A DNA stretch of 64,000 bases from Octopus sinensis. Lineage: Eukaryota. Of the stretch, positions 24,689 to 37,444 are shown piece after piece. The DNA is taken from assembly GCF_006345805.1 (NCBI RefSeq), contig NC_043001.1, positions 15,872,001 to 15,936,000 on the forward strand, given 5' to 3'. Position 1 is the stretch's first letter. The number at the start of each line of letters is the position of its first letter. The notes beneath the pieces are model-generated. The model did no database searches, was not told where the DNA came from, and worked only from the letters and a program-made list of their open reading frames with translations. Position numbers and translations under genes: made by a program.

Positions 24689-26299
24689 ACCTGCCTGTCT
24701 ATCTATCTATCTATTCATCCATCCATCCATCCATCCATCCATCCATCCCTCTAATCTAATCTCTCTCTCTCTCTGACTGTCTGTCTATCTATCTATCTAT
24801 CTATCTATCTCCATCTATCTATCTATGTGTCTATCTATCTATCTACCTATCTATAATTGTTTCCCTCCCCATATATTTCATTCACATATCTGTGTGCCTG
24901 TAAATATATATATATATGTCTGTCAGTCTGTCAGTCTGTCAGTATGTCAGTACGGCGGTCTGTTTAATGTCACACATGACCGCTTAATTGACCAACCAAA
25001 TGCAGGCATAATGTTAATGTACTTATAACGGGGTCAAAGGTTACCGAACTGTTCGGTTCACTTTAGTTATGAGTCTCTCTGCGAATGTAATTTAGACAGA
25101 TTCCAGGAAGGACGGGGAAAGATGAGTGACTATGTGAGTGTATATATATATATGTTGTGTGTGTGTGTGTGTGCGCATACATATAGCTATGTATGTGTGC
25201 ATGTGTGTGCGTATGTGTATGTGTGTTTGTGTATAAGAACGTGTGGCTGTGCGACTGTCATTGTGTCTGCGTGATTGTGCGTATACTTACGAACGTCTCC
25301 ATTTTATATACACGCTGAGATTCCAGGAAGAACGGAAAAGTGTATATAAGCGTGCGTGTATATGAGTTCGTTGTGCGAGTATGTGTGTGCGTCTATGTGC
25401 GTGTGTGTGTGTGCAAGTGTATGTATGTATACATGTATGTGTGTACGTATATGTAAGTATAAATGCATGTCTGTAGGTATGTATGTATGCGTGTGTGTAT
25501 GTATATATGTGTGTGTATATATATGTAAGTATATATACATGTATTTATGCATGTGTGCATGCATGAATGTGTGTCTATGTGTGTATATTTGTATATATGC
25601 ATGTATGTATATGTATGTGTGTGTGTCTATGTGTATGTATGTATGCATGTGTGTGTGCGTGTGTATGTATATATATATATATGCATGTGTGTATGTATCC
25701 ATGCATGTGTGTATGTATGTATGTATGTATGTATGTATGTATGTATGTATGCATGTATGTATGTATGTGTGTGTGAGTACGTATGTACGTATGTATGTAT
25801 ATATATACGCATGTGTGTATATGTATGTATGTGTGTGTGTAGTTATATGTGTGTCTATATAAGTGCTTATATGCTTCTGAATGTGAGTTCTTATGTCTAT
25901 ATGTAAATACGGTCACACTTCACAAATGCAACAACAGATTTCACTAAAGAACCAGAAATGTGTGTGTGTGTGTGCGTGCGTGCACGTGTGTGTTAGTCTG
26001 TGTAAATATAGGCGTTTGTGTACGTGTCCATGAGTGAATGTATGTCCATATCTTTGCGCATATGTGTTTATTTGGACAAGCGAGTGTGAATATGTCTTCG
26101 TGAGTAAATATAAGAACATGCCCCCACATATTCTGCAACCACGCAGGGCCGCAATTCGGTGTATAAAATCCGGTGTATGTGCCAGTCCGCATGCGTCTAC
26201 ACTGGTTCATTCCTACGAATAATTACATAAGTATATACATATATATGCATGTATGTTTGTGTGCATATATATATGTATACGCACTCACACGCAAATCTT

Positions 26300-26446
26300 T
26301 GCATGGCTGTGTGGTAAGAAGCTTACTTCTCAACCAAATGGTTTCAGGTTCAGTCCTATTACGTGGCACCTTGTGCAAGTGTCTTCTACTATAGTATCCT
26401 CAGGCTGACCAAAGCCTTGTAGATGGAATCAGAAAGAAACCTGCCG

Positions 26447-26450
<4 letters not shown>
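26300..26450 (+). mobile_element. SINE family A, head half only
   Basis: Head + CORE-like domain ending in (TA)n. Confidence 0.75.
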
Positions 26451-26487
<37 letters not shown>

Positions 26488-26999
26488 TGTTTATATTATG
26501 ATATGATCGAACGCCACGCATCTATTTCCAAGTAAGTTTTATCTTAATAATTCCAATGAGCACTCAACAACCTATCTCTATTCTTTCTTCCTCTCTTGTT
26601 CTTTTTTCCTTCTGTCTTTCTCTCCCACCTCTTCTCTAATTCTTCTCCTCTCCCCTTTTCCATCCCCCCTCTCTCTCACTTTTCCTCCTTGAATCTCTCG
26701 TTGCTCACACGTGACCAACGGCTATCTATCTTTCTTCCACTTCCTTCCTATAGACAAGATGTACTTTTGTCTGTCTTTTCTCAAACCTCGTTTTTTCAGC
26801 ATTCACAACTTCTCTTCGTTATGGCTTAACAGCCCCACGGTTTGTTTTTAATTTTTACTTCTTACTATCCTATTTTTGTTACCACTTGTCCCTACTTTCG
26901 AAACGCGGAGTAGATAAAACAGGGGACAACTGATTAAAGGAATGTTCTTTGTGTTGCCTGTCTCGTTTCTCTATTTGTTTCTTTCGTTGTTCCCCTCTC

Positions 27000-27197
27000 C
27001 ACGTCACCGATGTTATCTAAAGGAAAGGTAAATGGGCCGATACAGCTTGGCACCAGTGATGTCGCAGCTCATTTCTGCAGCAACGTGAAATAAAGTGTCT
27101 TGCTCAAGGACACAACACGCAGCCCGGTCCGGGAATCGAAATCACAACCACACGATCGTTCGCCCGACGCTCTAACCACTGAGCCATGCGCCTTCAC
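27000..27197 (-). mobile_element. SINE family B
   Basis: Reverse complement of the family B head and central domain. Confidence 0.8.
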
Positions 27198-27719
27198 ATA
27201 AGTATACATATACCTACACACACAGGCGTACATAAATTCGAGCAAGGACACGGAAGGAGCGCATGCATGCCCATGCGCATGTGTATATGTGTGTGCAAGT
27301 GTATACCCGTATGTTTTGCGTGTGCGAGTGGATGTACGTACATTTGCATGTGTGTGCGTATAAGTGTGTGTGTATAGGTGTTGTGTGTGTGTGTGTGTTG
27401 TGTGTGTGTATGGTGTGTGTGTGTGTGTGTATACAACATGGCTTTAAGGAATTAATCCAGTATCAACACGCGATGCAGCAACGATTAGAATAAAGGCGTG
27501 TACAGTAATTTTTTATCACGTTTCTGCACGCGAGCCAAAATCCCGCAGCGAATGCCGTTTATGTTTTCATGTGCAGCAACGAGGTAAAAATAAAGGTGTG
27601 CACATTTTTAACATACCTTTTTTTCTTCTTTTTTTTTACTCATGTACACACTTTCGCATAACAATAAACATACATGCATAAGGTACGCATAGAGATTTTG
27701 AGTAGACATATGTGATATA

Positions 27720-27824
27720 TGCGAGTTGTCGTCGTTGTCATTCGTCGTCGTCGTCATCATCATCACATTTTTCTTTTTCTCTGCCTCCATCACCACCACC
27801 ACCACCACCACCGCCACCATCTTG

Positions 27825-27867
<43 letters not shown>

Positions 27868-28297
27868 GCATCATCTTTTTCTTCCCTTCCATCATCATCA
27901 TCATCATCATCATCATCTTTTTCTTTTTCTCTTCCTTCATCATCACCACCACCACCACCGCCACCATCTTGATCATCATCATCATCATTATCATCATCAT
28001 CTTTTTCTTCCTCGCCCCACCATCGACATCAACATAAACTTCTTCCTTTTCTTCTTTTTCTTCTTCTTCTTCGTCTTCTTCATCTTCCTCCTCCTCTTCT
28101 TCTTCGTCTTCTTCGTCTTCTTCATCTTCCTCCTCCTCTTCTTCTTCGTCTTCTTCGTCTTCCTCTTCATCTTCTTCTTTTTCTTCTTCTTCTTCCTCCT
28201 CTTCTTCTTCATCTTCCTCCTCCTCCTCCTCCTCCTCCTCTTCTTCTTCTTCTTCTTCTTCTTCTTCATCTTCATCTTCTTCTTCTCTTCTTCTTCT

Positions 28298-28332
<35 letters not shown>

Positions 28333-28345
28333 GTCGTCGTCGTCG
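27720..28345. repeat. Compound (CAT)n/(CAC)n/(CTT)n array with internal block duplications
   Basis: Seen directly. Confidence 0.9.
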
Positions 28346-29389
28346 ACATTGTTGCTATTGTTTTACTATAAATGGACGTCTGTAAGACACACGGCTTCGA
28401 ACAAAATTAGAATTTTACTATTTTCACTTGATTGAACCCCACCTCCGCCCCCGCCAACAAAAAAAAAAAGAAAAAGAAAAGACCAGAAAAATATACGTTG
28501 CCGACAAAGAGCTTCAGGACATTTCAGCTCCTACCTTACTTTGGATGGAAAAATACGATTTCGTTTTCGGCATTTAATATATTTTGCAAACACTGCCCTT
28601 TAAATTAGTCTGGTTTCCCTGAGAGGAGCGGGAAAAGGTATTAGTCACAAACGTGGTAGCAACGGATACGCCTACAAGGGAAGTTTTAAAAACAAAAACA
28701 GTGATTAAAGAGAAAAAAGACAAACGGAAAAGAATGATGTCAATTGAACGAGCAGACACAGTTGTGAACGCTTCAACATATGCAAAATGAATAAAAAAGG
28801 AAGAAAATTTGGAGCTTTAATAACTTTAATAATAAAAGCAATCGCAACATAATTACCGGTGTTACTAACCAAAGAGAAATACTGGACACGGGTCAGCTCC
28901 TGGATAAATAAACTTAGGTGAGGTGTGTAACGAAACGTGCCGCCTTGTGCGAAGATTTCGTTCTGAAGAGAAAAGTAGCCTGGCTTTAATGGAATTAATT
29001 CTGTAATAAGTATACGAAACAGCGGTAGTTAAAATAAAGATGTCTGCATTTATTTTCATCACGTTCGTACACGCTAGGCAAAATCCCGCAGCGAAATCCA
29101 TACAGGTTTTTATGCGAAGGAACGACTTGATAAATGTATACATTATTTTTTTTTTTCGCATACCTTTGTTTTCCCGAATTAAGGTTTTCATATACCCGCA
29201 AAGAAGTGGCTGGAGGGAAAATTTAGTGATGTGTGGCCTGATGTGTGCATCGTATTTTAAGCTAATTGCGAAGTAATTAAAATAAAGATGTCTACTTTTA
29301 TTTTCCTCACGTTCGTACACGCTAGGCAAAATCCCGCAGCGAATGCCATACAGGTTTTTTATGCGAAGGAGCGAGTTGATAAATGTATT

Positions 29390-29609
29390 ACTCTTTTTTA
29401 CTCTTTTACTCTTTTACTTGTTTCAGTCATTTGACTGCGGCCATGCTGGAGCACCTCCTTTAGTCGAGCAAATCGACCCCGGGACTTATTCTTTGTAAGC
29501 CCAGTACTTATTCTATCGGTCTCTTTTGCCGAACCGCTAAGTAACGGGGACGTAAACACACCAGCATCGGTTGTCAAGCCATGCTAGGGGGACAAACACA
29601 GACACACAA

Positions 29610-29640
<31 letters not shown>

Positions 29641-29816
29641 CATACATATATACGACAGGCTTCTTTCAGTTTCCGTCTACCAAATCCACTCACAAGGCAT
29701 TGGTCGGCCCGGGGCTATAGCAGAAGACACTTGCCCAAGATGCCACGCCGTGGGACTGAACCCGGAAGCATGTGGTTGGTTAGCAAGCTACTTACCACAC
29801 AGACACTCCTGCGCCT
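29390..29816 (-). mobile_element. SINE family A nested in the 250-bp repeat
   Basis: Full-length copy that splits unit 2. Confidence 0.9.
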
Positions 29817-29984
29817 ATACATTATATTTTTTTTCGCATACCTTTGTTTTCCCGAATTAAGGTTTTCATATACCCGCAAAGAAGTGGCTGGAGGGAAAAT
29901 TTAGTGATGTGTGGCCTGATGTGTGCATCGTATTTTAAGCTAATTGCGAAGTAATTAAAATAAAGATGTCTACGTTTATTTTCG

Positions 29985-30215
29985 TGGAGGCGCGTGGCTT
30001 AGTGGTTAGGGTGTCTGCATCATGATCGTAAGATTGTGGTTTCGATTCCTGGACCGGGCGACGCGTTGTGTTCTTGAGCAAAACACTTCATTTCACGTTG
30101 CTCCAGTCCACTCAGCTGGCAGAAATGAGTAACGCTGCGATGGACCGGCGTCCCGCCCAGCTGGGGAACACGTACGCCATAGAAACCAGGAAACCGGGCT
30201 AGGCTTTAAAAGGGC
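29985..30215 (+). mobile_element. SINE family B nested in the 250-bp repeat
   Basis: tRNA-like head GGAGGCGCGTGGCTTAGTGGTTAGGG; splits unit 3. Confidence 0.85.
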
Positions 30216-30524
30216 GCATTTATTATATTTTACATTTATTTTCTTCACGTTCGTACACACAAGGCAAAATCCCGCAGCGAATGCCATACATGTTCTTTAT
30301 GCGAAGGAACGAGTTAAAAATAAATGTATATAAATTATTTTTTTTTAGCATACCTTTGTTTTCCCAAAATGGAAGTTACGTTTTCATACACTTGCAAAGA
30401 AGTAGCTGGGAGAAACTTTGGTGATGTGTGGTCCGATGTGTGCTTCGCATTTTAAGCTAATCACGAAGCAGCAGTAATTAAAATAAAGATGTCTACATTT
30501 ATTTTCATCACGTTCGTATACACA

Positions 30525-30805
30525 ATCAACCTCGGCGGAATTTGAACTCAGAACGTAAAGACAGACGAAATACCTATTTCTTTATTACCCACAAGGGGCT
30601 AAACACAGAGGGGACAAACAAGGACAGACATGGGTATTAAGTCGATTACATCAACCCCAGTGCGTAACTGGTACTTAATTTATCGACCCCGAAAGGATGA
30701 AAGGCAAAGTCGACCTCGGCGGAATTTGAACTCAGAACATAGCGGCAGACGAATACGGTTACGCATTTCGCCCGGCGCGCTAACGTTTCTGCCAGCTCGC
30801 CGCTT
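30525..30805 (-). mobile_element. SINE family D
   Basis: Head + one full and one partial body unit. Confidence 0.85.
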
Positions 30806-30834
30806 TACTCTCCCTTAATATATTATTATGTTCC

Positions 30835-31850
30835 CAGTAGGGCGATCTTCTGGACTGCGTAGATATTGATTTTCTTTGGTAAATGGTTGGTGAACATTTT
30901 CTGTTCTCTTCTCCATGACTCCTGGAGCCCCGATAACCACTGGTATCATTTCAGTATACAAACACCACAGCCTTACTGACTTCGATTCCCCTGTTTTCTG
31001 TGACTTTTACGGAGTTTTTCTTTTGTGTGTGTGAGTGTGTATGTGAAGGTGGTGGATGATTCTGGGAAGGCGACGAGCTGGCAGAGTCGTTAGCACACCA
31101 AGCATAATACTTAGCGGCATTCTGCCCGTCTTTACGTTCTGAGTTCAACTTCTACCGAGGTCGATTTTGCATTTCATTTTTTTCGTAGGCGATAAAATCT
31201 GAACCCGTTGAGAAATGGGGTTGATGTAATCGACTTATCTTCTGCCCCCGAAATTGCTGGACTTGTGCCAAAATTTGAACTCGAAATTAACGGTTGTGGT
31301 AATGTGGCGAGCTGGTAGAATCGGTAAGCACGTCGAGCAGAATCTTTAGCGGTATTTTGTCCCTCTTTACGTTCTGAGTTCAAATTCCACCGAGGTCGAC
31401 TTTGCCTTTCATTGCTTTCGGGGTTGATAAATAAGTAGCAGTTGAGAAATGGGGTCGATATAATCGACTTATCCCCCCCCCGAAATTGCTGGCCTTGTGC
31501 CAGAATTTGAAACCGGTATTCCTAGATTGCTAAGTGTACACTTTATTTCCTGCTTGGACTTTGATAACAATGTCAGGCTTCTTGACTTTTATATTTTAAT
31601 CATTGTTGATAGGTTTGTCTCAGAGGTTAGTGACCATCATTATCTAAGTTTATAACATTCCTCGGTTGTCTTAATTTTGTAAATTTTCACATATTTTTCA
31701 GTGTAAGTAGGTCACTACTTTGTTATTCCTGAGAATGTATCCGGTCTTTGCCAATCTCCTGGCGTCCAGAGGCATGCGATCGATGATGATTTCATCATTA
31801 TCTCCACAAATAACTGCATTTTGGATCCACCCCATTTTTAATGATGCAAC
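30835..31850 (-). mobile_element. Highly decayed RLE-type (R4/Dong-like) LINE fragment split by a family-D-related SINE cluster (31068-31520)
   Basis: Minus-strand remnants LAKTGYILRNNKVVTYLH*KIC, KKPDIVIK and IPVVIGA.G...QKIALLGT (frameshifted). Confidence 0.6.
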
Positions 31851-31874
31851 TTAATATTGTATTAATGGGATATG

Positions 31875-32255
31875 GAAGCACTCCGTCGGTTACGACGACG
31901 AGGGTTCCGGTTGATCCGAATCAACGGAACAGCCTGCTCGTGAAATTAACGTGTAACTGGCTGAGCACTTCACAGACACGTGTACCCTTAACGTAGTTCT
32001 CGGGGATATTCAGCGTGACACAGAGAGTGACAAGGCCGGCCCCTTGAAATACAGGTACAACAGAAACAGGAAGTAAGAGCGAGAGAAAGTTGTGGTGAAA
32101 GAGTACAGCAGGGATCACCACCATCCCCTGCCGGAGCCTCGTGGAGCTTTAGGTGTTTTCGCTCAATAAACACTCACAACGCCCGGTCTGGGAATCGAAA
32201 CCTCGATCCTATGACCGCTAGTCCGCTACTCTAACCACTGGGCCATTGCGCCTCC
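31875..32255 (-). mobile_element. SINE family C (head GGAGGCGCAATGGCCCAGTGGTTAG..., tail GAACCCTCGTCGTCGTAACCGACGGAGTGC)
   Basis: A/B-box head, 3' stem-loop; related copies at 43882, 55115, 57345, 59235. Confidence 0.85.
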
Positions 32256-32376
32256 ATTGTATTAATGATACTAAATGCTAAGGAAAGACAGTTCTATATT
32301 TAAGAGATGAGGAATTATGTACATTATTTACATTATTTACATTCGACGGATATTTGTCTTCATCTTGTTTGTTGTT

Positions 32377-32422
32377 AACACAACGTTTCGGTTGATATAC
32401 CCTCCGACCTTCATCAGGTGTC
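32377..32422 (-). ncRNA. Minimal type I hammerhead ribozyme (family H)
   Basis: Reverse complement GACAC-CTGATGA-A-GGTCG..CAACC-GAAAC-GTT-GTGTT. Confidence 0.75.
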
Positions 32423-32480
32423 TTGGGGAAATTTCGATCCTGGGTTTTCATTCCTAAGGTATTTTTCGATGTTGTTGTTG

Positions 32481-32543
<63 letters not shown>

Positions 32544-32677
32544 TATCATTATTATTATTATTATTATTCAGGTCACTACGCCATATGCTGACGGTCATAT
32601 GCCGTAGTGGTTAAGAGCGCGGGCTACTAAACCCAAGATTCCGAGTTCGATTCCAGGCAGTGACCTGAATATTAATA

Positions 32678-32712
<35 letters not shown>

Positions 32713-32730
32713 ATGATGATGATGATGATA

Positions 32731-32768
<38 letters not shown>

Positions 32769-32799
32769 AATAATAATTATAATAATGATAATAATAATA

Positions 32800-32881
<82 letters not shown>

Positions 32882-32948
32882 CAACAGCAACAACAACATC
32901 GGAAAAATACCTTAGGAATGAGAACCCAGGTTCGAAATTTTTCCCCAA

Positions 32949-32994
32949 GACATCTGATGAAGGCTGGAGGGTATATCAGCCGAAACGTTGTGTT
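32949..32994 (+). ncRNA. Minimal type I hammerhead ribozyme (family H)
   Basis: GACAT-CTGATGA-A-GGCTG GAGGGTATAT CAGCC-GAAAC-GTT-GTGTT. Confidence 0.8.
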
Positions 32995-33463
32995 AACAAC
33001 AAACAAGATGAGGACAAATATCCGTCAAATGTAAATAATGTAAATCATGTGTTCAGGAAAGAGCATGAAACAACTTTTGTGATTGTTATACGTAAAAGGA
33101 CGAGATTGTCATAGTTGAGATGGCTTTCATCATAGATTTGGTCAAACAGGATTTGCCTAGGGCTAAATACCAATCAACAACCAACAACAACAACCGCAGC
33201 ATCGAGCTTAACAACAATGATAATGATGATGGTAGTGTGTGGGTGGTGGAGGTGGTTGTGGTGGTGATGATGATGATGACGATGATGATGATAGTAATGG
33301 TGGTGGTGGTGATGATGATGATGATGATGATGATGATAGTGGTGGTGGTGGTGAGAATAATGACGACCGCCGGTACAGTGTGACACACGCATACACACAT
33401 GCACACACAAACACAAACATAACCACGGAGCAAATAACCACGCATATACACAATATACAGCAC

Positions 33464-33509
<46 letters not shown>

Positions 33510-33958
33510 ACACTTTCCCTCTCTCTCTTGCGCACATATCTTCCCCAACACACAAGAAAGCTGAAAGGCGTTTAACCACATTCTTTGAGTAATTTCTCTC
33601 TGGGACACATCAGTCCTCAGACGGTCCTCCACGCCGTGCAGAAGTGGTGCAACGGGTATTTAAAGCGTTCTGTGTTTTGAATATATAATTTAAGGCTTTA
33701 TAAAATCCATAGAAATGCTTGAGGGCGTTGAAATATGTGTTATTAATATTTCTGTTATGCACACAAGCACAGGCATGGCTGTGTGGCTAAAGAGCTTGCT
33801 TTTCAACCATGTGATTACTGGTTCAGTCCCACTGCGTGTCACCTTGTGTGAGAGTCTGCAACAATTTCCTCGGGCCGGATCGACCGAATCCTTGCGAGCG
33901 AATTTAGCAGATAGAAACTGTGTTGAAAACACACACACACAAACACACGTTTGTATGC

Positions 33959-33999
<41 letters not shown>

Positions 34000-34679
34000 A
34001 TATTATAGTATATATATATATAAATCAGCTTAGAGTAGAAGAAACGAAACGAATCGAATCGAATCGACGCGAAGGCGCTCAGACATACAATAATGTAATA
34101 AATAAAATATATGCATACATACATACATATATGTACGTACCTACATCTACATGTATATATACATGCATATATAAATATATATACGTGTGTACAGGACGCC
34201 ACACATAGACGTAGAACTCAACGAGAAACGAAAACGTAAAAAAAAAAACGTGGAACGGACCATTCCTTTAACAACGAAAAAACAGAGTACAAGACAACTA
34301 CACAAGGAAAAGCCCCCTTCATCAGCCGTCCCTAGTTCAACTCCAGCGTGTTTCGAAGGTGAGAACAGAACACGTCTCGTCGAACTAATCCTTCCTGCGA
34401 AAGAATTAAATAAAATTCCTTTGCAGAGGGGGAAAAACAAGGGGAAAAAATGTGACAAAAACAGGACTTAAAAACAATACAATTAAAAACAAATACAAAA
34501 TAAAAATACAGTGTGTGTGCGTGTGTGTGTGTGTATAATTATATGCGTGCCTGTGTTTTCCTGCCCCTCTCCAAACGTTTGACGACCGGTGTTCTTTTTT
34601 ATTCCCCGTAACTTAGCGGTTTGGCAAAAACACCGATTGACTGACAAAACAAGTACTGAGGGCGATTTGATCAGCTAAA

Positions 34680-34712
<33 letters not shown>

Positions 34713-35526
34713 CACACACACACGCACACACACGCACACACGCAACGGGTTTCCACATAATTTTCCACTCCAAATTCATTCATTAGATATTAATCGGCCC
34801 AGGGCTATAATAGCAGACACTTGCCCAAGGTTCCGAGCAGTAGAACTGAATCCAACACCATACGATGTCAAAGCATACTTCTCAACTACACACCCATGCC
34901 TGCGTCTGTTTTTTTTTCTTTACCACCGGTGTTGTTTGCTTGCAATCTTCCGCAAAAAACATCTCCGAACTTCTTAATAAGCTGGACGATTTTGGTAAAC
35001 AAGAACCTCATGCATTCGGTGTCGATCATCTACGATTTTCCGTGTAGGACATGTTTGGGTTGTTTGTTGTTTCGATAAAGGAGGAAGTTATTAACACGCT
35101 CGGGAACAAAGGGTGGGTGGGTTGATGATAGGAAGAGCACCCGGCCATTGAAAACTCTGCTCGAACGCACTCTCGTCTCACCCATCTAGAACATGGAAGA
35201 GTGTTAAAATGATGATGATGATGATGATGATGATATTCTATGAAGCGTAGCGCAACGTGCATCGACAGTGTTGGCTCTGTTCCACATTTGATCAAGTCTG
35301 GTGTTCACAACAAAGTTTGGATTTAAAAAGCATCTTGAAGTTCCGGCTATCACTGTTGATGAAATTCACGTACTTCGGTAGATCCGGAACCAGAGTAATG
35401 TTACAATCAAATTAGTCAACTCACGTCACTATTAAACTGGTTCACAACGTCACCGTCGAATATAACGTCTCACTGAAACTAGTCAAAACGTCACCGTCAA
35501 ACTCGTCCGCAGAGTTAGAATAAAAA

Positions 35527-35921
35527 TCTCTCTCTATATAAAGCTGAAGTTGTCCGTGTATGGCAGGTTTGGTAGCCTTAAACTAACACTATCTCCTCCG
35601 AGACCCTGCGGCGCAAGTTGACCAAAACTGAGAGTATGATAGAAGACGGCTTGCTCTTCATTCCGTAGAAGAAAATATTCAAATCGGACCTTGTTAACAC
35701 CAAAAATTACTTACATCAAAAAGGTGCTTTTTTTTTTCCATGAAAATCCCTATTTTTTATGATTTTTTGACTGCTGTGTCGCCATTTTTCGGTGTATTTC
35801 AACCAGAAAAATGTTCACTTAAAGAGACTAACAAGCTACATAATGCAAAATTTTTACTTTTCAAAAGTTCCAATTCTAAAGGGTCGAAACAAACCCGCGC
35901 AACGCCGGGCGATACTGTTAG
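35527..35921 (+). mobile_element. Non-autonomous Helitron-like element (second copy), inserted in a degenerate ~24-bp minisatellite (AACGTCAC..TCAAACTAG)
   Basis: High similarity to 13474-13871; A|TC start, hairpin, TTAG|T end. Confidence 0.75.
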
Positions 35922-36302
35922 TATTTAATAATGCCACAATCAAACTACACAATACCGTCACAAGGAAACTAATGAATTAAGCTTGTCCATTACTTCACAG
36001 TTTAATTAGTTAATAACGTCACAGTCAAACTAGACAATAACGCCATAAAGTAATCATAACGTCACAATGGAACTAGTCAAAAACGTCACAATCAAACTAG
36101 GCGATAACGTTACACCCAAATTACTCAATAACATACATACTTACATACATACATACATACACACACACATACCACACACACCACACACAACACACACACA
36201 CACACACACACACAACACACACACACACACACACACAATATATATATATATATAAATATATGAAAGAATGGAGTTGAACGACGAATTAACAAAATTCCTT
36301 TA

Positions 36303-36385
36303 TTTTCGACATATGTTTCGAAGGCTGCATATTCCTAATTGCGAAGGAATAAGGAGTACATTATGCCGCTTTCTCATCAGGAAAA
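36303..36385 (-). ncRNA. Type I hammerhead ribozyme with long stem II
   Basis: Reverse complement TTTTC-CTGATGA-G...C-GAAAC-ATAT-GTC-GAAAA. Confidence 0.8.
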
Positions 36386-36498
36386 GTAAGAAACTTATGT
36401 CTACATCAAGATGCACAAAAAATTTTTCACTATGGGCTCCGTGTGAGCAGTCATCTAAAAGTTTTTTGTGCATCTTGATGTAGACATAAGTTCCTTAC

Positions 36499-36581
36499 TT
36501 TTCCTGATGAGAAAGCGGCATAATATACTCCTTATTCCTTCGCAATTAGGAATATGCAGCCTTCGAAACATATGTCGAAAA
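36499..36581 (+). ncRNA. Type I hammerhead ribozyme with long stem II
   Basis: Stem I TTTTC/GAAAA, core CTGATGA (36504-36510), GAAAC (36565-36569), palindromic stem III ACATATGT, GTC cleavage triplet (36574-36576). Confidence 0.85.
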
Positions 36582-36764
36582 TAAAGGAATTTTGTTAATT
36601 CGTCGTTCAACTCCATTCTTTCATATATATACTTATATTTAAAAAAAAAACATACAAATTTCCACACGAAAGCACGTAACTTCAAACGTGTCTTCTCTGA
36701 TGTGAATTTGCTACCCAGGTATCGGTTAACCGAATTATCCATAACAAGATAATTCATTCAACTA

Positions 36765-36798
<34 letters not shown>

Positions 36799-36799
36799 A

Positions 36800-37250
36800 C
36801 TTATATAACACTTAGATATGTTTCGACCAAAGATTCGTCCAGGCCATGTCTAACTTAATAGCACCACCTGATAGGATTATCTAAATCTTTTTAAATTCAA
36901 GTTTTGTGGTATCATGGTCCATTCGTGTAGGGAGTTCTTGTTGAGTGAGTTGTATCCAGGTATGGGTGGCTTATCTGGTATTCCTTGAAGAAATTTGTCC
37001 AGATTCGCTTAAAGGTGATGGGATCCTTTTCCTCTTTGATCTGTTTTAGGACAATGTTAAATAGGGCAGGGCCTTATGAGGAAAAGAAATTGTCTTGCAG
37101 TGTACTTATGTGTTGTGATCCTGAATTGAGTAGGGATGTATGGCCCGTGGTCTCAGCCTTGGATGAATTTTGAAGCTAATGTTGAGGTCGTTTGGGCAAT
37201 GCTGGTGGAATATTTTCCCCATCGTGCAAATGATGTATCTTTCATGGCGG
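36800..37250 (-). mobile_element. CR1/L2-group LINE 3' fragment
   Basis: RHERYIIC..KIFHQHCPNDLNISF...GPALFNIV.KQIKEEKDPITFK.....KPPIPGY.S.NKNSL.EW (frameshifted). Confidence 0.8.
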
Positions 37251-37444
37251 TATATATATATATATAGATATATATATATAGATATATATATATATATATA
37301 CTTTATTTAAAGCAGCAGAAAATTCAACAAAACCTGTTACTCAGAGTCACAAATACTCTACCACTGGTATTTGAGTACTCTTTTTTTTCCACCTTGTTTC
37401 ACAGTTATGTGTTTACTCCGGTATATATATATATATATATATAT

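Larger units (their letters stand above)
29031..30525. repeat. ~250-bp tandem repeat (3 units plus partial) interrupted by nested SINEs
   Basis: Unit start AAAATAAAGATGTCT at ~29031, ~29279, ~29957, ~30479; a diverged partial unit at ~27510-27620. Confidence 0.85.
32281..33045. mobile_element. Head-to-head inverted dimer of a tRNA-head/(AAT)n/hammerhead SINE (family H)
   Basis: Left arm 32281-32587 (minus), right arm 32593-33045 (plus); same architecture at 54113-54671. Confidence 0.85.
36257..36627. mobile_element. ~370-bp palindromic element with two outward-facing hammerheads
   Basis: ~170-bp arms with three mismatches around a ~30-bp spacer, flanked by (TA)n. Confidence 0.9.

Noticed and set aside
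27720-28350. Acidic poly-Glu/Asp protein on the minus strand
   Set aside because: The frame is broken by shifts at both ends; it is a pure compound microsatellite with no splice support.
32593-32666. Functional tRNA gene (also 54385-54457)
   Set aside because: T- and D-stems are mispaired, the anticodon differs between copies (ACT vs TCT), and the head is embedded in a repeat; it is a SINE head.
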